Counted from the stretch's first letter, positions 1 through 8,947 are shown. The stretch: 37,969 nucleotides of DNA from a virus (IMGVR_UViG_3300032125_000012:1-37969), one strand, 5' to 3'. A program made the numbers and translations. The notes: a model not told the origin generated them from the sequence alone.

Positions 1-127
1 TTTACCTGCGTTTCAATTTCATTTTGCTTAGAAAGTCTTTCTTGTTCTTCTAGATTCTTAATTCCTTCGTCAATTGGAGTAATAACCTCCTGGATCGTTT
101 CAGTTAACTTCTTAATACGTTTCTCAA
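1..127. repeat. 127-bp terminal overlap identical to 37843-37969 (circular assembly overlap)
   Basis: Direct comparison of both ends; 127 is a common assembler k-mer length; a reading frame runs through the junction. Confidence 0.95.
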
Positions 128-386
128 ACAATGCTAAAGGTTTGTTATATTCCTTTTTCACTTCTTTGCGTTTATCATCTAGCGATTTAGCAACGCCGCG
201 CATTTCAGCACGAACATTTTTAGCGTCCTTAACGCCATCTTCATTGAAGACAAGACCTTTATATTTAGCTGCGTAGTCCTCAATTGTTTTGGTGAGTTCA
301 TTTTCATTGTTGATCACGATTGTTGAAGGTGTGAAGTCAACTCCGAAAAACTCAACTTCGCCTGTTTCCATTAATTCATTTGCCAT
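1..386 (-). CDS. DUF1351-like phage protein, N-terminal part (continues across the origin into 37842..37317; 303 aa in total)
   Basis: ATG at 386 overlaps the ERF stop (TAATG); MANELMETGEVEFFGVDFTPSTIVINNE...KSLDDKRKEVKKEYNKPL reads in frame into the ORF ending at 37317. Confidence 0.8.
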   Translation of the reverse strand, partial: MANELMETGEVEFFGVDFTPSTIVINNENELTKTIEDYAAKYKGLVFNEDGVKDAKNVRAEMRGVAKSLDDKRKEVKKEYNKPLALFEKRIKKLTETIQEVITPIDEGIKNLEEQERLSKQNEIETQV

Positions 387-1153
387 TATCTATTCCCCCA
401 ATTAACTGCTTGTGCTGGTTGGTTAGTCATATCATCTAGCATTGCACCTTGTTTTGTTTCCGGCTTGTTGTTCGCTTTAGTCTCAAGGACCTTCACATAG
501 CCAATAGAAGATGGCAGGTTACTTGAATTAAAATCATTAAAATCTTTATGCATTTGTTCATTAGACTTGTCTATAACGTATTTTTTAAGCGTTTCAAAGG
601 TACTACCTGTTTTAGCCGCTACTTCACGAATACGATCCTCAACTTCTTTTTTATTTTTAAAGAAATCATTATCATTATTTGCTGGCTTAGGATTATTTTT
701 AGGTGCGTTTTTACCACTTTTGCTATCATCTAAACTTTGAGCATTTGCATCATCATCATCTTCACTAGCGATTCCTAATATTGCTGACAAGCTGTAACGT
801 CTGCCATAAGTGATTGCTGAACCAATTGTCTGAGAGTTAAATTTTCCAAAGTTTTCAGCTGGTAAAACCAATTCGTCGCTTATCATGAATTGTCCAGAAC
901 TATGAAGGATCATTGTGTAAACCTTGACTGTCTTTGTCTCAATGTCAGAACTTGTAAATTGCATTTGTGATAGTCCGTTACTGCTTAAAGCCGGTGTTAT
1001 TACTTTGATAATGGCATCTAAATCAGCATATTTAAGATTTTTGCCATCACGTTTAAACGCTGGATTATCTGAACTCTTTTTAGGACTTTCTACTACGTTT
1101 TGAAACTTTGCTAGAGCTGCTGCTATTTCACCAATATTCTCACTCGTTTTCAT
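386..1153 (-). CDS. ERF-family single-strand annealing protein
   Basis: KYADLDAI, GSAITYGRRYSLSAILGIASEDDDD motifs; RBS GGAGG favours the ATG at 1153. Confidence 0.9.
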   Translation of the reverse strand: MKTSENIGEIAAALAKFQNVVESPKKSSDNPAFKRDGKNLKYADLDAIIKVITPALSSNGLSQMQFTSSDIETKTVKVYTMILHSSGQFMISDELVLPAENFGKFNSQTIGSAITYGRRYSLSAILGIASEDDDDANAQSLDDSKSGKNAPKNNPKPANNDNDFFKNKKEVEDRIREVAAKTGSTFETLKKYVIDKSNEQMHKDFNDFNSSNLPSSIGYVKVLETKANNKPETKQGAMLDDMTNQPAQAVNWGNR

Positions 1154-1352
1154 GTTCAATTCCTCCTAGTTGTTCTTTCAGAAACTCAATCCAATCTTCT
1201 TTTTTTAAATCAACTGTTGTAAAATCACTTTCGAAATTTGCAGTCGATAGTTGAACACGTTCTTCACCTTCATTGTTGACGTACTCTTCAACTTTTAAAT
1301 ACGCACCATACTTATCTTTAATCTTGTCCGTTTTTATCTCTACTATTGCCAT
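1140..1352 (-). CDS. Hypothetical phage protein
   Basis: 70-aa ORF with GGAGG RBS in the early operon. Confidence 0.7.
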   Translation of the reverse strand: MAIVEIKTDKIKDKYGAYLKVEEYVNNEGEERVQLSTANFESDFTTVDLKKEDWIEFLKEQLGGIEHENE

Positions 1353-1371
1353 ATACTTTCCTCCTAAATAT

Positions 1372-1438
1372 TGATATAATAGGGTTAACTTAATTTTTTA
1401 ACCGACTGATTGGATTGCTGTCCTCTCAGTCTTTTTTT
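1372..1438 (+). ncRNA. Putative short antisense RNA (extended -10 promoter plus intrinsic terminator)
   Basis: TG-A-TATAAT at 1372-1380; hairpin GACTGA...TCAGTC (1404-1431) followed by a T7 tract; opposite to the early operon. Confidence 0.5.
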
Positions 1439-1734
1439 GCGCCTAATTCTTCTAACAATTTGATAAGCGTTTTTTTGAATTCTTTCATTTCATCAGAAGC
1501 CCAACCTGATTTGAATTCATCATAATAGATGCTAAAAGCGTTACTTTCTTCTTGGAAATTAATTTTGCTTGAGCGTATTTCAAGTTTTAACTGGTTTACA
1601 TGTGGACTGTCATAAATAAAGACACAACCTGTTTCGGTTTGATTAATGCGATGTGCTAAAAAAATTAGTTCCTCCAACTCGTTTAATTCGTATTTGTTGT
1701 TATTAGATAGTTTTTTCTTTAGTCTCTTTTTCAT
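1426..1734 (-). CDS. Hypothetical phage protein
   Basis: 102-aa ORF, GAGGAGG RBS. Confidence 0.7.
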   Translation of the reverse strand: MKKRLKKKLSNNNKYELNELEELIFLAHRINQTETGCVFIYDSPHVNQLKLEIRSSKINFQEESNAFSIYYDEFKSGWASDEMKEFKKTLIKLLEELGAKKD

Positions 1735-1759
1735 TTTTAGTCCTCCTCTAATTAATTGG

Positions 1760-1900
1760 TTATAATCCTATCGTGAATAACGGTTCGCCAGTTTCGTCAT
1801 CGCATATTTCAATTCCACCGATAAAACGAGCTTGTTGCTCCCAATAACCCGGTCTTTCGTAATAAGCACTTTCTGAAATTTGTTCTGCTGCTCTACTCAT
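1760..1900 (-). CDS. Small hypothetical protein (46 aa, MSRAAEQISESAYYERPGYW...)
   Basis: Not in the ORF track; strong GGAGGAG RBS; fills an operon gap. Confidence 0.6.
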   Translation of the reverse strand: MSRAAEQISESAYYERPGYWEQQARFIGGIEICDDETGEPLFTIGL

Positions 1901-1913
1901 TATTTTCTCCTCC

Positions 1914-2042
1914 TTATCCAATGGTTCCCATTTCAATTCCGCCTGCTACGCCTGCTATTAGTACAAATAATCCGACAAGAAATACTACCGCAATAACTGT
2001 TTTTGCCTTGTCTTTAAATTCATCCGTAATGATTAATTTCAT
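1914..2042 (-). CDS. Small single-TM membrane protein (42 aa)
   Basis: Not in the ORF track; AAGGAG RBS; hydrophobic stretch VIAVVFLVGLFVLIAGVAGG. Confidence 0.6.
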   Translation of the reverse strand: MKLIITDEFKDKAKTVIAVVFLVGLFVLIAGVAGGIEMGTIG

Positions 2043-2057
2043 GATCCGTACTCCTTT

Positions 2058-2294
2058 CTAATAGGCTGCTGTTTTCTTCTTTAAGATATCTGAATAGTCT
2101 ATGTTCTCTTCAATTGTTTTTCTCATAAAACGTTCAATCTCGAATCCTGGTATTGATTTTGTTGGAAGCTTCATGCAACGCAACTCACCCGAATTAATCA
2201 ATGCGTAAACGGTATCTTTTCCAGTACTTAATATTTCAGCTGTTTCTTTTACAGAGAAACTATATTTATCTAATGGCTTAACTCCTATTTTCAT
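2058..2294 (-). CDS. Excisionase-like HTH protein (HTH_17 type)
   Basis: FSVKETAEILSTGKDTVYALINSGELR motif. Confidence 0.8.
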   Translation of the reverse strand: MKIGVKPLDKYSFSVKETAEILSTGKDTVYALINSGELRCMKLPTKSIPGFEIERFMRKTIEENIDYSDILKKKTAAY

Positions 2295-2298
2295 GTAC

Positions 2299-2820
2299 TC
2301 ACCCTTTCAAGTATTTTTGAATTTTCCAGTAAGGAGTTCTGTCTTTTATCGCTTGCATGAATGAAACGTTTGTTTTGCTTAGAATCGATAATACTAATTT
2401 CATTTCGATTAACATTTCGTCTAAAAACTCATTCGCGTAGGCTCTTAACACTGATTTATCTTGTTCAGTTAAATACGCATCTTGTTTACATAGGATCATC
2501 AGAGCTTCATTTTTGCGTGCTTTACGTTCGTTTGCTTCCTTCTCTTGCAGCATTTCTAATACGTGTGGCGTTTCGTAATACGTTTCTGATTCCATAATCG
2601 GCAACGTGCCATAAGTTTTATTTGCCATTTGGTGTGTGAAAGTTGAATCATCTAAAATGGCTGCCATATCTGCTATTGCTCCAATTGGACTTGGTTCACT
2701 GTTAAAATATCCGCTAACTGTTGAGTGACCTTTATTAGCTTTTTTTGATAGATTTAGTTGCGTGATGTTCTGCCTCTTTGCTGCCATTCTTAATTCTGCG
2801 TTTACATGTAGTGCTTCCAT
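2299..2820 (-). CDS. XRE-like HTH transcriptional regulator
   Basis: N-terminal ITQLNLSKKANKGHSTVSGYF helix-turn-helix pattern. Confidence 0.6.
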   Translation of the reverse strand: MEALHVNAELRMAAKRQNITQLNLSKKANKGHSTVSGYFNSEPSPIGAIADMAAILDDSTFTHQMANKTYGTLPIMESETYYETPHVLEMLQEKEANERKARKNEALMILCKQDAYLTEQDKSVLRAYANEFLDEMLIEMKLVLSILSKTNVSFMQAIKDRTPYWKIQKYLKG

Positions 2821-2822
2821 TT

Positions 2823-3590
2823 TTATCCCTCTATTCCGATTTTATTTTTTGCAGTTATAAACTTATTGATAAAATATAATTGGCCTTTGCCGGTTACTTT
2901 TGGCGTTCTAGATATTGAGATACGACCACTATTGTGATTGATTGCCGTTTCTTTTATTTGAAACAACTCTAGCTCCATTGATTTTTGAGTAGGCATATTG
3001 TAATCCGTACCTTTTCGTTTGATTAGGTAACCAGTTTCTCTTAACCAGGCGAACAATCTTGTTCCGCCAATCTCAATTCCATTTTGTTTTAATAGTTTTG
3101 CTAGGTCATTAATGAGGATTGACGTATCTGATGCTGCTACACTATCTGCAAATATTGCTTTTGGTTTTAATTGCGAGTTTTCAAGTTCCAACTGTTGGAC
3201 TTGCTTGCGTTCTTGAATCCACTTCTCAGCTCGCTTGACAGGATCTTCAATCATATATGAGTCTTTAGCTTGTTCGATCAACGCTCTTTCCATATGGTTA
3301 AATGCGTTAATATAACTGAATTTGAACTCATCTGCCTTTCTTCCGGTAAATCCCATTGCAATAAATGTAAATCCGTCTCTGTTCATGTAATACATTTTTT
3401 GATCTCTTCCTCGAGAATCTTTGTAAAGACCTTCCGAAAACATTAATTTGTAATGAGCGGAATTTTCCGCCGATTGAATTTTATTATTAATTGCTTCTAA
3501 AACATCTTTGTGTTGTTTTTCGAACCCTTCTGCAACTTGCAAACTAGTTGTTACAGCTTGTCTGTCTTTCATGATCACTAAATTTGACAT
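2823..3590 (-). CDS. Antirepressor, Rha N-terminal plus ANT/KilAC C-terminal domain
   Basis: TTSLQVAEGFEKQHKDVL, MNRDGFTFIAMGFTGRKA; KPKAIFADSV...TPKVTGKGQLYFINKF. Confidence 0.92.
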   Translation of the reverse strand: MSNLVIMKDRQAVTTSLQVAEGFEKQHKDVLEAINNKIQSAENSAHYKLMFSEGLYKDSRGRDQKMYYMNRDGFTFIAMGFTGRKADEFKFSYINAFNHMERALIEQAKDSYMIEDPVKRAEKWIQERKQVQQLELENSQLKPKAIFADSVAASDTSILINDLAKLLKQNGIEIGGTRLFAWLRETGYLIKRKGTDYNMPTQKSMELELFQIKETAINHNSGRISISRTPKVTGKGQLYFINKFITAKNKIGIEG

Positions 3591-3710
3591 GTCGTTTTTC
3601 CTTCTTTCTTTTTAGTAAGATACTAACTGTTTTTTTACCCTCAAACTCCATAGCTTGTAGTATTTCGATTTGATTGATTGTGTTATATAATTATCTTAGT
3701 AAATAAACGA

Positions 3711-3917
3711 TTACTGCTTAGAGTAGCAAAACGCTTCAAAAAAAATTTCTTCTTTTGGAACACCAAAATAATCTTCCAAACGTTGCATATCTTTCGGTCT
3801 AGGAGTTCTGTATCCGCGTTCCCAAGATCCTAATGTTTTAGAGGAAATTTCAAGTTTTCTAGCAAGATCTATTTGAGAAATGTTTTCTTTACTTCTTAAT
3901 TCTTTAATGAGAGTCAT
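3711..3917 (-). CDS. Cro-like XRE repressor
   Basis: 68-aa HTH (SQIDLARKLEISSKTLGSWERG), divergent from CI. Confidence 0.9.
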   Translation of the reverse strand: MTLIKELRSKENISQIDLARKLEISSKTLGSWERGYRTPRPKDMQRLEDYFGVPKEEIFFEAFCYSKQ

Positions 3918-3939
3918 TTTCTCACCTCCTTTAAATTTG

Positions 3940-4057
3940 CTACTCTCTGTAGCTCCTATACACAGTATATTATACTACTCTAAGTAGCTTGTCAACTAAA
4001 TAAACTACATTTTGTATACTTTTTTATTATTTCATTTTATTTAACTACTTTTAGTAG
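3940..4057. promoter_or_regulatory. Genetic-switch operators, consensus CTAC-N5-GTAG (3940-3952, 3975-3987, 4005-4017, 4045-4057; a fifth near 3714-3726)
   Basis: Four related inverted repeats between the divergent cro and cI genes. Confidence 0.8.
3967..3995 (-). promoter_or_regulatory. Lytic promoter upstream of cro
   Basis: TTGACA-17 bp-TAATAT on the minus strand, with an operator in the spacer. Confidence 0.7.
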
Positions 4058-4083
4058 TAATATCAAGGTTAAGGAGTGATGGT

Positions 4084-4716
4084 ATGTTCCCTCAAAGATT
4101 GAAAGAATTGAGAAATAATAAAAAATTGACACAATCCCAACTAGGAGAAACAATGAATGTTTCATACAAAACAGTCGGAAGCTGGGAAAGAGGAGAAAGA
4201 CAACCTTCTTACGAAACGGCTAAAAAAATAGCAAATTATTTCAATGTGTCTACAGATTATTTACTCGGTATAAGTAATGTCAGAAAATCTACAGAAGTTA
4301 AACAAGTGGAAAAAGATGATTGGGTTAGCATTCCAGTTGTTGGAACAATCAAATGTGGTCCTGGTGGTATTATTTATGAAGATATAGAGGGTTTTACTTC
4401 CTATCCTAAATCAGACTTAGATTCAAGCCATGAGTATGTTGTCTTGAATGCTACAGGTGATTCAATGATAGGTGATGGAATAAACGCAGGAGACCTTGCA
4501 TTGATCCAGAAAGAACCGGATTTCGTTCAAGGTAAAATATATGCAGTGATCGTTGATTCGGAGGAAGCTACTTTAAAGAGAGTAACAAGAACAAATGATT
4601 CTGTTATTCTTTCACCTTCTAACCCTAAATACGAACCGCGCATCATTACTGGTTTAGAATTAGAAATGTTTCAAATAATTGGTAGATTGATTAACATAAA
4701 AAGAAACTATTATTAG
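4084..4716 (+). CDS. cI: CI-like repressor (XRE HTH plus S24 autopeptidase)
   Basis: HTH N-terminus; putative Cys-Gly cleavage site (TIKCG); GDSM serine and ATLKR lysine motifs. Confidence 0.93.
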   Translation: MFPQRLKELRNNKKLTQSQLGETMNVSYKTVGSWERGERQPSYETAKKIANYFNVSTDYLLGISNVRKSTEVKQVEKDDWVSIPVVGTIKCGPGGIIYEDIEGFTSYPKSDLDSSHEYVVLNATGDSMIGDGINAGDLALIQKEPDFVQGKIYAVIVDSEEATLKRVTRTNDSVILSPSNPKYEPRIITGLELEMFQIIGRLINIKRNYY

Positions 4717-4726
4717 GAGTGTTCTG

Positions 4727-5311
4727 ATGGGATTATTAAACAGAAAGAAAGATTTAAAATTATCAAATGGCTCAACTGACTTAAATTCTTTATCTGCTAA
4801 TAAAAGGATTACTCGTCAAATTCTTATCCTCGTTTTAAAAGATAGTCGTACTGAAAAAGTTAAATTGTCTCAATCAACACGGAAGTTAGTTCAAGTTGAC
4901 AACGAAGAGGTTCAATTTGATAACAAATTTGAAAAAAACAAAGTTTATTACTTAGATAATTTTGAATGGGAAGAACAATTTAGGTATAAAAAGAAGAAAA
5001 ATCTGGGTGCTGTTGGTGCTAGAGTGTTTTTAGGAGATAGCGTAGGAAAGAAGGAAATAAATGTTTCAGGAGGAATTTTATATTTAACTGATAAAGATAC
5101 GAATGAATCCTTTAATTTGATTTTTAAATGTGATCAAAAAATTGCTGATCACATTAATACTCTTAAGTTCCGTGAACAAATTGTTTCAAATTCTACAATT
5201 AATGAATTAGATCCAGTAAATGAAATTAGAAAATATAAGCAATTGCTGGATGATAAAATTATTACTAAAGAAGAATTTGAAGGTAAGAAAAAACAATTGT
5301 TGGATTTATAG
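4727..5311 (+). CDS. SHOCT-domain protein
   Basis: C-terminal EIRKYKQLLDDKIITKEEFEGKKKQLL. Confidence 0.8.
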   Translation: MGLLNRKKDLKLSNGSTDLNSLSANKRITRQILILVLKDSRTEKVKLSQSTRKLVQVDNEEVQFDNKFEKNKVYYLDNFEWEEQFRYKKKKNLGAVGARVFLGDSVGKKEINVSGGILYLTDKDTNESFNLIFKCDQKIADHINTLKFREQIVSNSTINELDPVNEIRKYKQLLDDKIITKEEFEGKKKQLLDL

Positions 5312-5334
5312 ACAAAACTTAGGAGGAATTACAT

Positions 5335-6441
5335 ATGAAGAGCTGGGTTGTTATTTTATGGTTAGTCTTTTTCTTTCCTGTAGGTATTTATTTCATGTTC
5401 AAACATACTGATTGGTCAAATATTATTAAATATACAATAACTAGTGTACTTACTTTTCTTACCGGAATATCAATTATTTCTTCAATGTTATTTGAATTAT
5501 TGTTTATTTCTGGATTTTTCATGATAATATTCGGTGTCGTTTCGTTTATATATTCTATCATCAAAAAGAGCGATAAAAGAAAATCTGCAGCCATATTATT
5601 TATCGGAATTCTCTTCTTTGCATTTTCTGCAAGCGAAATAGATGCTCAACAACAAGAAATAATTGCCGCAGAAAAACAAGAACAAATCGCAGAAGAAAAA
5701 CATCAAGAACAAATCGCAGAAAAAAAGAAAATTGAAGAAGAACGTAAACAGCAAGAATTGGAACAAAAAAAATTAGATGAAGTTAAAATTGCTGTAGAAG
5801 CAGCTGAAAATAAACCGACAAGAGAAAACTATGATAAAGCTTTTACATTAATTTCTACATTATCAAAAAATGATTCTGATTTAGAGGGTAGAATTGCTAA
5901 AGTAGAAGAAATCGTTGTGTCCGAAGAAAAAGTTATTAAAGAAGTTACAGAGGCTATAGAAAAAGCTGAAGAAGACAAAACACGTGAGAACTATGACACA
6001 GCTGTTGCACTAGCCTCTACTCTAAAGGTTAAAGATGATGATTTAGAAGATCGGTTAGCTATTGTTGATCAAGCTGTTAAAGACAACGAAACTAAAGTTG
6101 CCGAAGAAAAAGCAGACGCTGAAGAAAAAGCAAAGCAAGAAAAAGTTGATGCTGACAAGAAAGCAGACGCACAGAAAGAAGAACAAGAAAAAGCAGCAGC
6201 CGAAGAAAAAGAATCAAGCAATAGTTCTGGTAGTTCTAGCAGTTCTGACAATTCAACCCCTTCCTCTACCCCTTCAGGTCAGTATGTTGATGCACAAGGA
6301 AACGGATTAATAAAAGGAAGTAGCTCCAAAATATACCATGTTCCAGGTAGTACTTATTACGATCGTACCACTAATCCCGCAGCATGGTTTAAAACTGTAG
6401 AAGAAGCAAAAGCTGCAGGATATAGAGCACCAAAGAAATAA
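5335..6441 (+). CDS. Multi-TM membrane protein with coiled-coil stalk and C-terminal IYHVPG...GYRAPKK domain; candidate superinfection exclusion protein
   Basis: Several N-terminal TM segments, repeated TRENYD helical units, Ser-rich linker, position in the lysogeny module. Confidence 0.7.
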   Translation: MKSWVVILWLVFFFPVGIYFMFKHTDWSNIIKYTITSVLTFLTGISIISSMLFELLFISGFFMIIFGVVSFIYSIIKKSDKRKSAAILFIGILFFAFSASEIDAQQQEIIAAEKQEQIAEEKHQEQIAEKKKIEEERKQQELEQKKLDEVKIAVEAAENKPTRENYDKAFTLISTLSKNDSDLEGRIAKVEEIVVSEEKVIKEVTEAIEKAEEDKTRENYDTAVALASTLKVKDDDLEDRLAIVDQAVKDNETKVAEEKADAEEKAKQEKVDADKKADAQKEEQEKAAAEEKESSNSSGSSSSSDNSTPSSTPSGQYVDAQGNGLIKGSSSKIYHVPGSTYYDRTTNPAAWFKTVEEAKAAGYRAPKK

Positions 6442-6479
6442 GAAGTTTAGGCTACGGCCTTTTCTTTTTAGTCTAAAAA

Positions 6480-6491
6480 GAACATACATTC
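6480..6491. promoter_or_regulatory. Possible LexA (Cheo) box
   Basis: GAAC-ATAC-ATTC, one mismatch to GAAC-N4-GTTC, upstream of the 6533 ORF and integrase. Confidence 0.45.
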
Positions 6492-6532
6492 GTATATTAA
6501 GGGTATAAACTACGATTATTGGAGGAAATGAC

Positions 6533-6865
6533 ATGATAATTAAAGACTTATCTACACTAGAATCGGATTTCTGCCGTCAAGCTAAGGTTAATACAGGTTC
6601 GGTTCGTGTACGATCAATGGACATTGATATGGAGTATAGTTTGTTCGTCTACTACTTTAAAGACTACATCCACCTCTCTTTATCCAGGTATGATGACAAA
6701 GACATTAACGAGGAAGTTTGGGAGCAATTACAAGATATGGGCATGATTTACCCTGATGTCGGTTTAACCGACGTTGAGGATATGTGGATTAATAAAGAAA
6801 AACAACAATTACACGCAAAGCTAAATTACGAGGATTCAAAGACCAAGCATAACCATGATGATTAG
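6533..6865 (+). CDS. Hypothetical protein upstream of integrase
   Basis: 110-aa ORF with GGAGG RBS. Confidence 0.7.
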   Translation: MIIKDLSTLESDFCRQAKVNTGSVRVRSMDIDMEYSLFVYYFKDYIHLSLSRYDDKDINEEVWEQLQDMGMIYPDVGLTDVEDMWINKEKQQLHAKLNYEDSKTKHNHDD

Positions 6866-6876
6866 GAGGATTTCTT

Positions 6877-8016
6877 ATGAAAGGATCCGTTAGAAAAAGA
6901 AATAATAAATGGTATTATTCTTTAGACTTACCTTCTGTTGGAGGGAAAAGACGCAGAATTGAACGTTTTGGAGGAGATACTAAAAAAGAAGCTTTAAAAA
7001 CACTCCATACAGCAATTGAGGAATTAAATACTAGAGGTACAATCGCTAAAGAAGTAAATTTATCTTTACAAGACTATTTTGAATATTGGTACCAGAATTA
7101 TGTTATGACCAACTTGAAATACAATACTCAAGAAAACTATCGAGGTATTATTGACAATCACATCTACCCTTATCTTGGCAATTATAAATTAAAAGAAGTT
7201 GGACCTGCTCAATTACAAGATCTCTTGAATCAAGAATTTCAAAAAGGTTTTGCAAAGAAAACATTGTCGATTATCAAAACCGTTTTAACCGGTGCTTTTA
7301 GAAAAGCTGTCTATCCTTACCAATTTATCAAGGATAATCCAATGGCTTATGTAGAGATGCCTAAATTCGACATCACGGATCCAAATGCTAATCATGATAT
7401 GTTTCTTAGTCTTAATGAGTTTGAACTAATTAAACAAGCTGCAAACCCAGTTGAGCCTTTTTATATCGCTCTGATGATTGCCTTCCATACTGGAATGAGA
7501 CGATCAGAAATATTAGGCTTAGAATGGAAACATATTGATTTTTACGAAAACACGTTAAAGATAGAGCAAGTCATGATAACTAAGCGAAATGAAGAATACT
7601 CTATTGGAACCCCTAAAACTAAATCTTCCTATAGGACTATCGACATTGGTACAACTTTAATCAACGAGCTACAGAAACATAAAGAACGACAAGTACAAAA
7701 TAAATTCTTTTATGGCGATAAATACTTTTCAACTAATTTTATTTGCACTAAGGAAAGTGGAGCCTTGTGTACACCAAACGTTTTGAAATGGGAAACTGAG
7801 AAAGCCCAAAAAGATAGCGGTGTGAATTTTACTTTTCATATGTTTAGGCATACCCATGCTTCTTTATTATTGGAAGCTGGTGTCAGTATGAAAGCTATCC
7901 AGGAACGGTTAGGACATTCAAGGATCAGCACAACAATGGATATCTACTCTCATGTAACTAAAAAGACCAATCGTGAAGCTGTCGATATTTTCGAAAGCGC
8001 GATAAAAAGAAAATAA
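6877..8016 (+). CDS. int: Tyrosine integrase
   Basis: Arm-binding N-terminus (MKGSVRKRNNKWYY), TGMRRSEILGL, HMFRHTHAS, RLGHS...TMDIYSH. Confidence 0.97.
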   Translation: MKGSVRKRNNKWYYSLDLPSVGGKRRRIERFGGDTKKEALKTLHTAIEELNTRGTIAKEVNLSLQDYFEYWYQNYVMTNLKYNTQENYRGIIDNHIYPYLGNYKLKEVGPAQLQDLLNQEFQKGFAKKTLSIIKTVLTGAFRKAVYPYQFIKDNPMAYVEMPKFDITDPNANHDMFLSLNEFELIKQAANPVEPFYIALMIAFHTGMRRSEILGLEWKHIDFYENTLKIEQVMITKRNEEYSIGTPKTKSSYRTIDIGTTLINELQKHKERQVQNKFFYGDKYFSTNFICTKESGALCTPNVLKWETEKAQKDSGVNFTFHMFRHTHASLLLEAGVSMKAIQERLGHSRISTTMDIYSHVTKKTNREAVDIFESAIKRK

Positions 8017-8331
8017 ACCTTCCGACAAAAATAACATAAAAATTATTTTCGTCGGAAGGTTCGCCGGAAGGATGGCCTATTTAGCCATTATTTAATTATA
8101 AGATTGTTGTGAAGTCAACGTTTTACTCGTCATCCATCTTAAGAACGCTCATGAAGGCTTCTTGTGTTGGCAAAATTCTATATCAAACTTTACTAATCTA
8201 TATTAACATCTTTCTTCTATATAATACATTATAATACATTCGTTTATTCGTAGTTTAAATCTATACTATACTCTATTGTTTTTTATTATCCTTTACCGTT
8301 CTTTTTCTATTGTCGGAAAAATGTTGGAAAA
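8016..8331. other. attP region with arm-type repeats (GTCGGAA-like at 8020-8026 inverted, 8051, 8064, 8313, 8323) flanking the core
   Basis: Non-coding region directly downstream of int; paired repeats on both sides of a host-gene fragment; inverted repeat AACCTTCCGAC/GTCGGAAGGTT at 8016-8061. Confidence 0.8.
8123..8164 (-). other. lepA: Replacement 3' end of host lepA (EF4) carried in attP
   Basis: Minus strand translates QEAFMSVLKMDDE*, matching the conserved LepA C-terminus (VPQEAFMAVLKMD). Confidence 0.85.
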
Positions 8332-8456
8332 TTATATATCTTTTTATCATCGTCTAAGCTTTAGCGAGTGGAACGATAAACTAATTATACCATAAATAAA
8401 TCATTTGAATTAACCTGCGTATATTATAAGCATCACATTTAAAAGGAGAATATTAG

Positions 8457-8699
8457 ATGAAATTGTTTGTAGAATATTTGCCACCAGATACAAGTATAAG
8501 TTGTTTTAAACATGAAGGGTTGAAAATAGAAGCTTTTAGGTCCGTTATAAAAACACCCTATGTAATTGTTAGCTATGAAAAAGATTCAACTACCTACCCT
8601 TGTGGTACTATTAATGATGCGCGAAATCTTGCTGATTTATTAATCAATGAATATTTAAATAAAGTGAAATCTGTTGAAGAGTTTTTTGATGAAATATAA
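8457..8699 (+). CDS. Hypothetical accessory protein
   Basis: 80-aa ORF, AAAGGAG RBS, own terminator. Confidence 0.7.
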   Translation: MKLFVEYLPPDTSISCFKHEGLKIEAFRSVIKTPYVIVSYEKDSTTYPCGTINDARNLADLLINEYLNKVKSVEEFFDEI

Positions 8700-8710
8700 T
8701 ATATCGTTTG

Positions 8711-8737
8711 CTCTCACTTTCGTGGGAGTTTTTTTTG
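8711..8737 (+). terminator. Intrinsic terminator
   Basis: CTCTCAC-TTTC-GTGGGAG followed by a T tract. Confidence 0.7.
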
Positions 8738-8834
8738 TTCACTTTACAAAATTTATAGTCAGCCCACTCTTTTAGGTCAATTGCGGGATTATAAAGGAAG
8801 GTGGTTACCACATAAAAAAGTTATTTTTTAACGC

Positions 8835-8941
8835 AAAAAAAGACTCCTAAAAAGGAGTCTTCCCACACGGGTTGGCGTACTTAAGAGTACGCTTAATATT
8901 TTATATCAATCACCATGTGTAAACAGTACATCAATGTCTGT
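8835..8941 (-). ncRNA. Structured ncRNA downstream of the DUF3800 gene (DUF3800-associated RNA motif-like)
   Basis: Own promoter; 5' hairpin ACAGACAUUGAUGUACUGU; closing stem CACAUGG/CCGUGUG enclosing hairpins UUGAUAU/AUAUUAA and GCGUACU/AGUACGC; terminator AAGACUCCU/AGGAGUCUU plus U tract. Confidence 0.75.
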
Positions 8942-8947
8942 ATTTAG

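Noticed and set aside
1-127. Physical direct terminal repeats of the virion DNA
   Set aside because: The length equals a typical assembler k-mer and it falls mid-gene; better explained as circular overlap
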